Of a DNA stretch of 64,000 nt, positions 49,886 to 59,648 are shown piece by piece. The notes beneath the pieces were generated by a model. It was not told where the DNA came from, did not search any database, and saw only the letters and a list, made by a program, of their open reading frames with translations. The stretch is taken from the NCBI GenBank assembly GCA_002313635.1, contig DCBY01000005.1, positions 75,145-139,144 on the forward strand, written 5' to 3'. This DNA comes from Fusobacteriia bacterium UBA1095. GTDB lineage: Bacteria > Fusobacteriota > Fusobacteriia > Bac17 > UBA816. The position numbers and the translations under genes are program-made. Every line of letters starts with the position of its first letter. Positions within the stretch are counted from its first letter, which is position 1.

Positions 49886-51727
49886 TTAAACTGTAGCAAT
49901 TATTGGAATTATCATAGGCTCTTTAGAGGCTTTTCTTTTAATCTCCTTAATGCAGTAATCTCTGAGATCCTTTTTAAAGGCAAATACATCATTTATCTTC
50001 TTATCAGAGAAGTTAATCACAATGTCTTTACCCAAATCCCTTATCACATTTTGAGAGCCAAAACCCTTTGAAATTATGTCTGGTTGGCCATTTATCTTTC
50101 TTGATCTAACATTAATTAAAACATGAATAACAATAAGACCATCCTTAGCCATCATATTTCTATCCTTGATAGTAGCTGTGGCTACACTATTTGAATTATT
50201 ATTATCGACTAAAACATTTCCTGATTCTACTTCCCCAGTTATCGCTATACCGTTTTTGTTTACTGAGACAATGTCACCATTTTTAGTTATAATAATATCT
50301 TCTGGCTTCATACCAACATCTACTGCCAAGGCTTTACTTCCTGTTAGATGTACATACTCTCCATGAACAGGCATGAAAAATTTAGGCTTAATCAGATTTA
50401 ACATTAAGGCTATATCTCCTCTGCAACCATGTCCAGACACATGAAGACCTTTTTCTCCATGCTTATATACTTGAGCTCCTCTCTTCACAAGTTGATTAAC
50501 TACTCTACCTATGTAGACTTCGTTACCAGGAATAGAGTTCGCTGACATTACAACAACATCACCTTCTTCTATTTTAATATCCTTGTGTTGCCCTCTTGCA
50601 GCTCTACTCATTGCTGACATTAATTCACCTTGAGTTCCGGTACACACTATTAATATTTGATCTTCTGGTAAGCCAGGAGCCTGAGAGAGAGGTACTATGC
50701 TATCATCAGGAATAACAACAGACCCTACATCTTGCCCAACATTAAATGTTCTATGCATACTTCTTCCATCTAAAGCTGTCTTTCTACCGAATTCAGTACC
50801 AACTTTAACCATCTCTTGAACTCTATGAGCATGAGAAGAGAAAACAGCGCATATTACCCTTCCTTTTGCTTTGTGAAGCACATCTCTGAAGGATCTTACT
50901 ACTGATATTTCAGAGGGAGTAAATCCTTCCTTATTAGCATTAGTACTATCAGACAGTAGTAAAAGAGTACCTTTCTCTCCAAGTTCCGCAAGTTTGTAAA
51001 AATCAACATGTTTCCCATCTACAGGGGACAGATCAAATTTGTAATCTCCAGTATGAACTACAGTTCCTTCAGGAGTATGCACAGCAACTACAAAAGCATC
51101 AGGTATACTGTGAGTTATTCTTACAAATTCAACTGCTATGTTTTTACCTACGTGAATCATATCTCTTGAATCTACGTCTCTTAAATCAAATTTTTTGCCT
51201 CTAAATTTCTCTTTAAGCTTCTCTTTTAGTATCCCATTTGTAAACTTACTGCTATACAGAGGGATATTCTTTTTTGGTGAACCTCTATAAAAGTGAGATA
51301 CAGCTCCTATATGGTCTTCATGGCCATGAGTTATTATTATAGCTTTAAGCTTATCTATATTTTTGTAAACATAGCTAAAATCCGGTATAACCAAATCTAT
51401 ACCAGGCATAGTTTCATCAGGGAAAGCTAGACCTAGATCTATTATTATCATTTCATTATCATACTGGATCACAGCACAATTTTTACCAATTTCATCAAGT
51501 CCACCTAAAGGAATAACTTTAAGTTTTGACTCAACAGCTACCTTATTAACATTTGTTTTTGGTCTTCTTTTTGAGTAATCTCTTTTTCTCTCACTAGTCT
51601 TATTATTCTCATCTTTTCTGTGAGGAGACTCTTTTTTAGTTTCCACTTTTTGCTCCTCTTTTTTTGTGTTAGAACTCTCATTCTCATCTTGAGCCCTACT
51701 ATTAGCTTTTCTTCTACTCCACAACAT
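49886..51727 (-). CDS. rnj: Ribonuclease J (metallo-beta-lactamase/beta-CASP) with a basic low-complexity N-terminal extension
   Basis: The 613-aa protein has the motif HGHEDHIG and a beta-CASP region. The first roughly 65 aa are K/R/E-rich and absent from typical RNase J. Confidence 0.85.
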   Translation of the reverse strand: MLWSRRKANSRAQDENESSNTKKEEQKVETKKESPHRKDENNKTSERKRDYSKRRPKTNVNKVAVESKLKVIPLGGLDEIGKNCAVIQYDNEMIIIDLGLAFPDETMPGIDLVIPDFSYVYKNIDKLKAIIITHGHEDHIGAVSHFYRGSPKKNIPLYSSKFTNGILKEKLKEKFRGKKFDLRDVDSRDMIHVGKNIAVEFVRITHSIPDAFVVAVHTPEGTVVHTGDYKFDLSPVDGKHVDFYKLAELGEKGTLLLLSDSTNANKEGFTPSEISVVRSFRDVLHKAKGRVICAVFSSHAHRVQEMVKVGTEFGRKTALDGRSMHRTFNVGQDVGSVVIPDDSIVPLSQAPGLPEDQILIVCTGTQGELMSAMSRAARGQHKDIKIEEGDVVVMSANSIPGNEVYIGRVVNQLVKRGAQVYKHGEKGLHVSGHGCRGDIALMLNLIKPKFFMPVHGEYVHLTGSKALAVDVGMKPEDIIITKNGDIVSVNKNGIAITGEVESGNVLVDNNNSNSVATATIKDRNMMAKDGLIVIHVLINVRSRKINGQPDIISKGFGSQNVIRDLGKDIVINFSDKKINDVFAFKKDLRDYCIKEIKRKASKEPMIIPIIATV

Positions 51728-51749
51728 TTATATTACCTACTTTCTTTTT

Positions 51750-53042
51750 TTAAAGTTCTCTACCGTAAAAAATACCGTTTACGATGTACTCTGGTACAAA
51801 TTCTATAATAGAGCCTGATTTAGCTTTAGTATCAACAGCTGCCCTTAAAAAATTTTCTGTATAACCCTTTGCTGAATCTTTTCTCTCTGATTCTATTAAA
51901 ATTTTCATTTTCTTGCCTAAAAATCTCTTCATAAAGCTATTTTGAGAGCTTTTTCTTAGCAGATTCAATCGTTTAAATCTCTCATATTTAACTATATTAT
52001 CTACCTTATTAGGCAAACTCTTAGCAACTGTTCTTTCCCTATCAGAATAAGGGAAAATGTGAAGATCTGAAAAATTAAACTCCTTTACAAAATTAAATGT
52101 ATTAATAAAGGCATTTTCATCTTCACCAGGAAACCCTACTATAATGTCACCAGTAAAAGCTACATCTCTCACTTTACTCTTTAATTTATTGAAAACTTCA
52201 TACATTAAAGAGCTATCATATCTCCTATTCATCAACTTCAAAACATTGTCATCAGCTGACTGAATTGAGACATGTAGATGAGGCATGAGCTTTGGATGTT
52301 GCATCAGTTCAACAAACCTGTCAGTAACTGTATCTGGATATATAGAGCTGATACGTAATCTTTCTAGCCCTTCAATTTCCAGTAATTTTTCTACTACATC
52401 ATCCAAAGAGCACGACTCTTCTAAATCCTCCCCATAGGCACCCAAATGTATGCCTATTAGTACTATCTCTTTAAATCCTTCTTCTACTAGCATTTTACAC
52501 TCTTGTAGAATAGAATGCAAATTTCTACTTCTCTTTTGTCCTCTAGCAAAAGGAATTTTACAAAAAGAGCAAAATCTGTCACACCCATCCTGAATTTTCA
52601 AAAAGGCTTTGTCTAGATCACGTAGACCAGCAAAATCTATTTCAGAATAATTTTCATACTTGAACACATTACCCACAAATGACTTTCTTTTTCCTTCATA
52701 TAAGGAAAAATCTTCAACTAAATTTGCTATAGATCCCTTCTGTTTTTGACCCACTATCAAGTCTACATCACTCATCTTTGCTAAATCTCTATGATTAGTC
52801 TGAGCATAACAACCAGTAGCAACAACTATGGAATTTGAATTTATCTTCTTTGGTCTTCTAAGCATGTTTCTATTTTTCTTGTCGGCTATGCTAGTTACTG
52901 TACATGTATTAACTACATAAACATCCGCAAAGCTGTCAAAAGGGACTACTTCATATCCTCTTTCGGCAAACTGTTTTTTGATACTCTCTGTTTCATATTG
53001 ATTGACTCTACATCCTAATGTATAAAATGCTACTTTTTTCAT
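51750..53042 (-). CDS. MiaB-family radical-SAM methylthiotransferase (MtaB/RimO-like)
   Basis: The 430-aa protein has the MTTase N-domain cysteines (YTLGCRVNQYE), a radical SAM CDRFCSFCKIP motif and a C-terminal TRAM domain. Confidence 0.8.
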   Translation of the reverse strand: MKKVAFYTLGCRVNQYETESIKKQFAERGYEVVPFDSFADVYVVNTCTVTSIADKKNRNMLRRPKKINSNSIVVATGCYAQTNHRDLAKMSDVDLIVGQKQKGSIANLVEDFSLYEGKRKSFVGNVFKYENYSEIDFAGLRDLDKAFLKIQDGCDRFCSFCKIPFARGQKRSRNLHSILQECKMLVEEGFKEIVLIGIHLGAYGEDLEESCSLDDVVEKLLEIEGLERLRISSIYPDTVTDRFVELMQHPKLMPHLHVSIQSADDNVLKLMNRRYDSSLMYEVFNKLKSKVRDVAFTGDIIVGFPGEDENAFINTFNFVKEFNFSDLHIFPYSDRERTVAKSLPNKVDNIVKYERFKRLNLLRKSSQNSFMKRFLGKKMKILIESERKDSAKGYTENFLRAAVDTKAKSGSIIEFVPEYIVNGIFYGREL

Positions 53043-53734
53043 AAAAATTCCTTTATTAAACTTGCAACTGCAACTGCTGCTGTCTCTGATCTGTAAATTC
53101 TATCTCCCAAGCTTATGGGTATAGCTTTCTTTTCTAAAAAACTTTTTTCTTCTCTACTAAATCCACCTTCTGGACCAATTATGAAAGCTATTTTATGAGC
53201 ATTACCTATGAGATTGCTAATCTGTGAAATTGCCTTTGAACCGTCTCTCTCTTTTGCAAATATAAACAGGTCATAATTGTCAAAATTTATCTCTTCTATT
53301 TTAACACTTTTTTCTATCTTCATGCTCTTAACAGCTAAACATTGCTTTGATGATTCCCTAGAAATACTGGAGAGCTTGTCTGTATTAGGGCTCTTAAATG
53401 AAAACCTACTTAAAGTTGGAAAAAAAGCTGATACACCTATCTCTGTTAAATGCTTAACAGCTTCAGAAATAGAAGATTGTTTTGTTATACAAAAAAATAC
53501 ATCTATTGGCTTTGATAAAGAGTATATATCGACACTTTTTTCAATAATACTCAAAGATACCTGTTTTGAATTAAGAATCTCTATTTTGGCCTTATATTCG
53601 TATTTTCCATCTATCAGTCTCACTAACGTTCCCTTTTTCAATCTTAATACGTTTTTGAGGTGATTAATCTCTTTTCTATCATCTATACTTGCCTTGTCTT
53701 CTTGAATTTCAGCAAAAAAAGTATATAGCCTCAA
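53039..53734 (-). CDS. rsmE: 16S rRNA m3U1498 methyltransferase RsmE
   Basis: The 231-aa protein has a PUA-like N-terminus and a SPOUT C-terminus (IGPEGGFSREE). Confidence 0.7.
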   Translation of the reverse strand: MRLYTFFAEIQEDKASIDDRKEINHLKNVLRLKKGTLVRLIDGKYEYKAKIEILNSKQVSLSIIEKSVDIYSLSKPIDVFFCITKQSSISEAVKHLTEIGVSAFFPTLSRFSFKSPNTDKLSSISRESSKQCLAVKSMKIEKSVKIEEINFDNYDLFIFAKERDGSKAISQISNLIGNAHKIAFIIGPEGGFSREEKSFLEKKAIPISLGDRIYRSETAAVAVASLIKEFL

Positions 53735-53750
53735 ATGGTCCCTCCTAACT

Positions 53751-54713
53751 TTAACTCTTTTTTGAGATGTCTTTTATATGTTTGTAACCCTTTTCTGTTA
53801 TTTTTCTTCCTTTTCTTGTTCTTTCCATCAATCCTAGCTTTACTAAATAGGGCTCGTGTATGCTCTCTAAACTCTTTCTATTTTCACCTAAAACAGTTGC
53901 TATAGCCTCTATGCCAACAGGACCTCCAGAATATCTATCAACTATAATTTTAAGAATATCTCTCTCTATTGATTCCAAACCTAGATTATCCACATCCATC
54001 ATATGTAAGACTCTATCAACTGTTTTTTCATTTACTTCTTTTACACCATTAACATCTACAAAATCTCTTATTCTCTTCAAAAATCTGTTAGCTATTCTAG
54101 GAGTCCCTCTACTTATTTTGGAAATGTTAATAGCTGCAGAATCTAGTATATTCAAATCAAAAATTTTAGAATTTCTTTTAACTATTTCAAATAGATCCTC
54201 ATCGCCATAATATTCTAATCTGTGAACAAAACCAAATCTATCTCTAAGTGGAGCTGTTAATAGACTTGCATTAGTTGTTGCTCCAATTAGAGTAAACTTA
54301 GCTAAGTTGATCTCTACGGATTTTGCAGTTGGACCTTTACCTATAACTAGATCTAATTTTCTATCTTCCATTGCAGAATAAAGAAGCTCTTCAACAGCTC
54401 TATTTAGCCTATGAATTTCATCTATAAATAGAATGTCTCTATCCTTCAATGACATTAATATCGATGCCATATCACCAACTCTGTCTATAACAGGTCCTGA
54501 AGTAGTTCTCATATTAGATTGTAAATTATTGGATATAACTCTAGCTATAGTGGTTTTCCCTAAACCTGGAGGACCATATAATAGTATGTGATCCAATGAG
54601 TCCTCCCTATTTTGAGCTGACTCTATCAATATAGCGAGTTTCTCCTTAAGTTTATTTTGGCCTATATAATCATTAAACTGATTTGGCCTAAGAAGATTAA
54701 CATTAGCTTTCAT
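53751..54713 (-). CDS. ruvB: Holliday junction branch migration ATPase RuvB
   Basis: The 320-aa protein has Walker A GPPGLGKTT and Walker B ILFIDEIHR. Confidence 0.9.
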   Translation of the reverse strand: MKANVNLLRPNQFNDYIGQNKLKEKLAILIESAQNREDSLDHILLYGPPGLGKTTIARVISNNLQSNMRTTSGPVIDRVGDMASILMSLKDRDILFIDEIHRLNRAVEELLYSAMEDRKLDLVIGKGPTAKSVEINLAKFTLIGATTNASLLTAPLRDRFGFVHRLEYYGDEDLFEIVKRNSKIFDLNILDSAAINISKISRGTPRIANRFLKRIRDFVDVNGVKEVNEKTVDRVLHMMDVDNLGLESIERDILKIIVDRYSGGPVGIEAIATVLGENRKSLESIHEPYLVKLGLMERTRKGRKITEKGYKHIKDISKKS

Positions 54714-54774
54714 ATAAAAAATTCTATCATGAAAATCTATAAATTCTTAAGTAAAATTTTCCTCTAACTAATAA

Positions 54775-55032
54775 CTAGTAGTTTGCGCTTAAAAATTCTA
54801 CTATTTTAGAGATAGCAACTTTAGAATCACTTCCATCAGCACTTATAGTAAGCTTCTGTCCTCTTGATACAGCAAGAGACAAAATTTGAATAGCACTCTT
54901 ACCATTCACATTCCTAGATCCTACTTTAAAATTAATATCTGAATCAAAGGTAGAAGCTAATCTCGCCAAAAAAGCAGCAGGACCAGTATGTATACCAAGC
55001 CTAGACTTAACAACAAATTCAGAAAAGTGCAT
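54775..55032 (-). CDS. ptsH: HPr-like phosphocarrier protein
   Basis: The 85-aa protein has His15 in the context GIHTGPAA and a Ser46-region KSAIQILSL. Confidence 0.65.
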   Translation of the reverse strand: MHFSEFVVKSRLGIHTGPAAFLARLASTFDSDINFKVGSRNVNGKSAIQILSLAVSRGQKLTISADGSDSKVAISKIVEFLSANY

Positions 55033-55109
55033 AAGACCCCCTTGTAATATAAAATTCTACTCAATCATTGTATCATAATTTTTATCACAAGAACAGTCAG
55101 TGAAATTTT

Positions 55110-56876
55110 TTATGGCATATCATTTAAAAACATACTAATTATGCTCTTATTTGTTTCCGCACTACCAGAATTGATGATATAATTTCTTATTTCCTCAGTA
55201 TTTGTTAAGTCTATTTTAGAAATTAATTTTTTTATTTTTGATGAATAATTCCAAGAAGTAGCTATACTCCTAGCCCCTAATATTAGCAGAGCGGCTACTC
55301 CTATTTCACTGTTACATATTTCACCACAAACTATTGCGGATTTACCTTTATCATTAGCATTGTCTAAAGTCTTTTTTATAAGCCTAAAGACTGAAGAGTC
55401 AAAAAAGTCATACATATACTCAAGATTTATGTTAAATCTACTACAAGCAAGTGTGTGTTGTGTTAGGTCATTAACTCCTAGCATAACCTTGTCTACCAAA
55501 TCTATTATTTGATCAGACATGACTGCAGAAGCTGGAGTCTCTATTAAGCATCCTACCTTAATTTCTTCATCAAATTTAAAATTATCACTTGCTAATTCCT
55601 CTTTGCATTTCTCTAATATTTTATTCATCTGTATAATTTCCGACAAATTAGTAACAAATGGATATACAACAGTAACATTTATAAAATAAGAAAATCGTAA
55701 TATAGCTTTTAACTGACTCTTAAGTAAATTAGTGTTATTTAATAAAAACCTTGTCCCTCTTATACCAAGCGAAGATTCATCTAATTGAGATATGGGCAAA
55801 TTGTATAGATATTTCTCAGAACCTAAATCAAAAAGCCTTATATTCACACATTTACCTTCAAAATATGGAAGAACACTTTTAAGAACCTCCAATTGTTCGT
55901 CTTGATTAGGAAAGATATCCCTACCTGCAAATAAAAATTCTGTTCTCATTAAACCTAACTCATCAAAGTATATCCCCTCTATCTTTTCTAATTTTGTAGT
56001 AGAAACTAGACTTGCTCCTAAGTTTACTTTCTCATTATTTTTGGTGATAGCCTCTTTATCTCTAAAATAATCAAGTCTTTTACTATCTGACATAGATTTT
56101 TCTAAAATGGCTAAATAAAATGTTTTTACCTCATCACTTGGGTTAAGAATTATATTTTCAAATCCAACTCTGCTATCTAAAATTGCATAACAATTATCAG
56201 ATGAAAAAGAGATTGGAATATCTACACCAGTTATAGATGGTATTCCTAGTGATTTGATAACTATAGCTAGATGTGAATTTCTGGATCCAGAAATCAGCAC
56301 AAGTCCTTTTATGCTTATTCCTTGATCCGCAAATTCTAACAATTGTGTAACATGCAAATTGTCAGTAACAACAATCTTATTATTTAAAGCACTATAATCA
56401 ATTTTTCTGTCTACTACCTCATCTAATATACTTCTACATACATCTAAAAAATTTGTATAATTTCTTGAAGAGGTATCTTCAAAATATTTTTTAGAAACCT
56501 TATTCAAACTATCTAGCAAGCTTTTTTCATTTCGTATATGAGATTTTATTTCATTAATTAAATCTCTATCTTCTAAAATCATTAAATTAATTTGTAATAT
56601 ATTAATATTTTTGAGATCTTTTTTTCTTAATGAGTCTAATAAGGAAGTTAGCTTGGTTCTTAATCGTGAAATTGCATTCTCTAATTTCAATTCCTCTTCT
56701 TCAATAGAAGAAAAATTCAATCTGTATTCATCATTTTTCAAGACAGCAACCTGACCAGAACAGATCCCTTCATGAATAGAGTAGCCAAAAAACTTTTTCA
56801 TTTCACTTCCCCTTATATAATCATGAAAAGGAAGAGAAAATCTCTTCCTTCGAAAGTAGCTATCTTCAAAAAGCAA
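55110..56876 (-). CDS. ptsI: PEP-protein phosphotransferase (Enzyme I)-like
   Basis: It has a phosphohistidine domain (SGSRNSHLAIV) and a PEP-utilising C-terminal domain (ETPASA..., GVNDLTQ). The likely true start is MKKFFGY at about 56801. Confidence 0.7.
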   Translation of the reverse strand: MLFEDSYFRRKRFSLPFHDYIRGSEMKKFFGYSIHEGICSGQVAVLKNDEYRLNFSSIEEEELKLENAISRLRTKLTSLLDSLRKKDLKNINILQINLMILEDRDLINEIKSHIRNEKSLLDSLNKVSKKYFEDTSSRNYTNFLDVCRSILDEVVDRKIDYSALNNKIVVTDNLHVTQLLEFADQGISIKGLVLISGSRNSHLAIVIKSLGIPSITGVDIPISFSSDNCYAILDSRVGFENIILNPSDEVKTFYLAILEKSMSDSKRLDYFRDKEAITKNNEKVNLGASLVSTTKLEKIEGIYFDELGLMRTEFLFAGRDIFPNQDEQLEVLKSVLPYFEGKCVNIRLFDLGSEKYLYNLPISQLDESSLGIRGTRFLLNNTNLLKSQLKAILRFSYFINVTVVYPFVTNLSEIIQMNKILEKCKEELASDNFKFDEEIKVGCLIETPASAVMSDQIIDLVDKVMLGVNDLTQHTLACSRFNINLEYMYDFFDSSVFRLIKKTLDNANDKGKSAIVCGEICNSEIGVAALLILGARSIATSWNYSSKIKKLISKIDLTNTEEIRNYIINSGSAETNKSIISMFLNDMP

Positions 56877-56920
56877 AACTTAAATCAGATACGTCTTGCC
56901 CCTTAAACTATAGACTGAAA

Positions 56921-57616
56921 CTAAATTATGTCTTTCAGTCTGTATCCTAATGAAACACATATTCCATGGTTAGAGTAGGCTTTTGTGTTGTATTTAACTG
57001 GATCAGAGTTAGCAACTTCTTGTGAGTAGCCACTCAAAAACTGTCCAGCATAGAAAGCTTCAAGCTGAGCACCATAAAACTCAACTCCTAAACCTGCATC
57101 AATCAAAAATCCAAAAGGACTAGCTTGATAACCAGTTGGAGCATTTGATGTTATGTCCATACTGTAAGAAAACCCTGGTCTAATTGTAAAATATATATTT
57201 GTATTATCTGCAACTTCCGCTATGTCATACTTTATATTCGCCTTAACAGGAATTGTAAGATAAGAAGATCCCTTCTTGTCCTCATCCAAAACAGCTCCTT
57301 CACTAGCAGAAGCCGTACCAATTTGCTTAGAAACATCTCCAGCAAATTCTAGATCATATTGAACTCCTGTTGAAATACCTACGTAAACATCCTCAGCTAC
57401 TAAGTAGTTCGCAGAAATACGAGCACCAAAATCTTGTAAAAAACCAGATTTTGAAACTATAGTATTAACAGCAGGGCTTTGAGAATTATCAGTTGTTGTA
57501 ACACTTCTGTCAAAACTGTAAGCACTAGCTGAACCAGCAAACTCAACATCCCAATCAGCAAAAGCTGGAGCTGATATTGAAGCTGCTAATATAGCAATCT
57601 TAAAAATTTTTTTCAT
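56921..57616 (-). CDS. Small signal-peptide protein, probable outer-membrane beta-barrel
   Basis: The 231-aa protein has the signal MKKIFKIAILAASISAPAFA with an alternating hydrophobic pattern and is rich in aromatic and Gly residues. Confidence 0.4.
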   Translation of the reverse strand: MKKIFKIAILAASISAPAFADWDVEFAGSASAYSFDRSVTTTDNSQSPAVNTIVSKSGFLQDFGARISANYLVAEDVYVGISTGVQYDLEFAGDVSKQIGTASASEGAVLDEDKKGSSYLTIPVKANIKYDIAEVADNTNIYFTIRPGFSYSMDITSNAPTGYQASPFGFLIDAGLGVEFYGAQLEAFYAGQFLSGYSQEVANSDPVKYNTKAYSNHGICVSLGYRLKDII

Positions 57617-57667
57617 ATTTTCTCCTATTATTTTTTCAAAAAGTTTTGCTCATTTAAAACAGTTACC

Positions 57668-57741
57668 TGGAGGCGACGAGCGGAATCGAACCGCTGATAG
57701 AAGTGTTGCAGACTTCGGCCTTACCACTTGGCTACGTCGCC
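57668..57741 (-). tRNA. tRNA-Cys (anticodon GCA), CCA encoded
   Basis: The reverse complement folds as a cloverleaf: GGCGACGTAGCCAAGTGGTAAGGCCGAAGTCTGCAACACTTCTATCAGCGGTTCGATTCCGCTCGTCGCCTCCA. The anticodon loop is CTGCAAC and the T arm is GGTTCGATTCC. Confidence 0.85.
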
Positions 57742-57764
57742 GTATAACTTAACATACAGTTCAG

Positions 57765-57793
57765 ATTCTAGCACAAAAAAATCAATCTATCAA
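57765..57793 (-). promoter_or_regulatory. Putative promoter (TTGATA-17 nt-TAGAAT) for tRNA-Cys
   Basis: On the minus strand a near-consensus -35/-10 pair sits about 25 nt upstream of the tRNA 5' end. It overlaps the holB stop. Confidence 0.4.
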
Positions 57794-58384
57794 CTTAAGA
57801 AAGCCCTCTTTATGGAGTATTGCCATTAAAATAGAATCAACTTTAATACCTAATTTAAAGTACCCTTTTATTACCAAAATTTTCTCAAGAATTTGTCTGT
57901 TTTTTTTCAAAGAATACTCTAAAAGCCACTCTAAAACATATTCTGTATTTTGTTCAAGATCTTTTGTACCAAAAGTAATGGATGAATCATGACTCATCTT
58001 CTCATCTTTGTTACTTAAATTAATTTCTATTAACCTTGATTTTATAGTAGAAGGAAGAGATGCTGTGGATATAAAAATATAAAAAGTTCCTATTGGCTCT
58101 TCAACAGATTTGAGAGCAGTATTATAGACTTCGGGGCTAACAAGATGTGCCTTGTCTATTACAACCATCTTCTTTTTATGACTACTTTTCATACACTCAT
58201 TTATAACTTCTCTAACTTTTGCTACACTTACATTATTATCCAAATCGAATATATCAAACTCCATATCTTTAATTAGTTCAAAAAAATCATCTTTTGACCC
58301 AAATATTGATATGGCTCCCTCTTCTCTAGAGTTAAGTAGACTTTTTAAGTAACTACTTTCTTTTCCAAGACGGTTTCTGTCCAT
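57782..58384 (-). CDS. holB: DNA polymerase III delta'-like clamp-loader subunit (short, degenerate P-loop)
   Basis: It has the sensor region KKMVVIDKAHLVSPEVYNTALKSVEEP...TIKSRL and no GxxGKT motif. It is 200 aa and overlaps the cysS 3' end by 32 nt. Confidence 0.55.
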   Translation of the reverse strand: MDRNRLGKESSYLKSLLNSREEGAISIFGSKDDFFELIKDMEFDIFDLDNNVSVAKVREVINECMKSSHKKKMVVIDKAHLVSPEVYNTALKSVEEPIGTFYIFISTASLPSTIKSRLIEINLSNKDEKMSHDSSITFGTKDLEQNTEYVLEWLLEYSLKKNRQILEKILVIKGYFKLGIKVDSILMAILHKEGFLKLID

Positions 58385-59648
58385 CCTTAACCTCTACTCC
58401 CATTTCTAAAAGTCTCTTTCTGATTAAATCAGCTTCATTATAATTCTTCTTCAACTTCATTTCTAATCTATTTTTAGCTAATTCAGTTACTGCTTTATCA
58501 TTATCTTCTTCTATGTTAAATCCTAAAATTCTTAAAGATTTAATAATTTCTTTCCTCATAAATTCATAACTATCCTGAGAAATATCATCTGTAGAATTGA
58601 ATTTATTAATAATTTTAAACACAGAAGATATAGCACCTTGAGTGTTAAAATCATCTTGCATACTGGAATGAAAATTTAACACAAACTCTTTAACACATTC
58701 AGAAAAATCATTTCTACCATCCAAAATAAAGTGATTTGATAAAAAATTAACTAATTTTTTGAAGCCCTTCTCTGCAACATCTAAGGAATCTTCATTAAAA
58801 GATATAGGCTTTCTATAGTGAGTTGACAGTATGAAAAATCTCAACACATTACCACTATATTTTGCTAAAATGTCCCTAACCCTAATAATATTCCCATCTG
58901 ATTTAGACATTTTTTTGTTATTAATTTTTATAAAACTATTATGCATCCAATATTTTGCCAAAGGTGTACAGTTTATAGATTCGTGTTGAGCTATTTCATT
59001 TTCATGATGAGGAAATATAAGATCTTGGCCTCCAGCATGGATATCTACATTGCCAACAGTACTACCTATCATAGTAGAGCATTCAATATGCCAGCCAGGC
59101 CTACCTCTTCCGAAAGAAGCTTCCCACCCTATCTCTCCACTGTACTTCCAAAGAGCAAAATCATCTTCTCTACTTTTAGGAAGGAATCTTTTAGACAATT
59201 TACCATAATCATCAAATTTAGAAGTATCAAAATAGACACCTGAAGAAGTAGTATAAGCAAAACCCTCTTTTATCAATTGTTCAATGTACTTGATCATATC
59301 TTCAATATATTCAGTAGCTTTAGGAGCAATATCAGGCTTTCGAATATTAAGCTCTTCAACATCTTTGTAATACTCTTTTATATATTTTTCAGCTACTTCT
59401 TTTATGCTAATACCCTCTTTTTCAGCTTTTTTTATTATCTTGTCATCTATGTCTGTAAAATTTTGTATGAATATAACTTTATGATCTATTGAAAGATATC
59501 TAACAACCGAATCAAAAAAAACTAAAGGACGAGCATTACCTAAATGTATGTAGCTGTATACAGTAGGACCACAGAGATAAAACTTAACCTCATCTCCTAA
59601 ACGAACTATCTCTTTTTCACCAGAAAGTGTATTGTAAATCGCTATCAT
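58353..59648 (-). CDS. cysS: Cysteinyl-tRNA synthetase
   Basis: The 431-aa protein has the HIGH-type motif HLGNARP and the KMSKS motif. Confidence 0.9.
   Translation of the reverse strand: MIAIYNTLSGEKEIVRLGDEVKFYLCGPTVYSYIHLGNARPLVFFDSVVRYLSIDHKVIFIQNFTDIDDKIIKKAEKEGISIKEVAEKYIKEYYKDVEELNIRKPDIAPKATEYIEDMIKYIEQLIKEGFAYTTSSGVYFDTSKFDDYGKLSKRFLPKSREDDFALWKYSGEIGWEASFGRGRPGWHIECSTMIGSTVGNVDIHAGGQDLIFPHHENEIAQHESINCTPLAKYWMHNSFIKINNKKMSKSDGNIIRVRDILAKYSGNVLRFFILSTHYRKPISFNEDSLDVAEKGFKKLVNFLSNHFILDGRNDFSECVKEFVLNFHSSMQDDFNTQGAISSVFKIINKFNSTDDISQDSYEFMRKEIIKSLRILGFNIEEDNDKAVTELAKNRLEMKLKKNYNEADLIRKRLLEMGVEVKDGQKPSWKRK

Noticed and set aside
56910-56945. 9-bp inverted repeat AGACTGAAA/TTTCAGTCT at the end of the OMP gene as a terminator
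   Set aside because: No U-tract follows on either strand. The hairpin spans the stop codon. It is more likely coincidental or an mRNA stability element, and is not supportable as a terminator.
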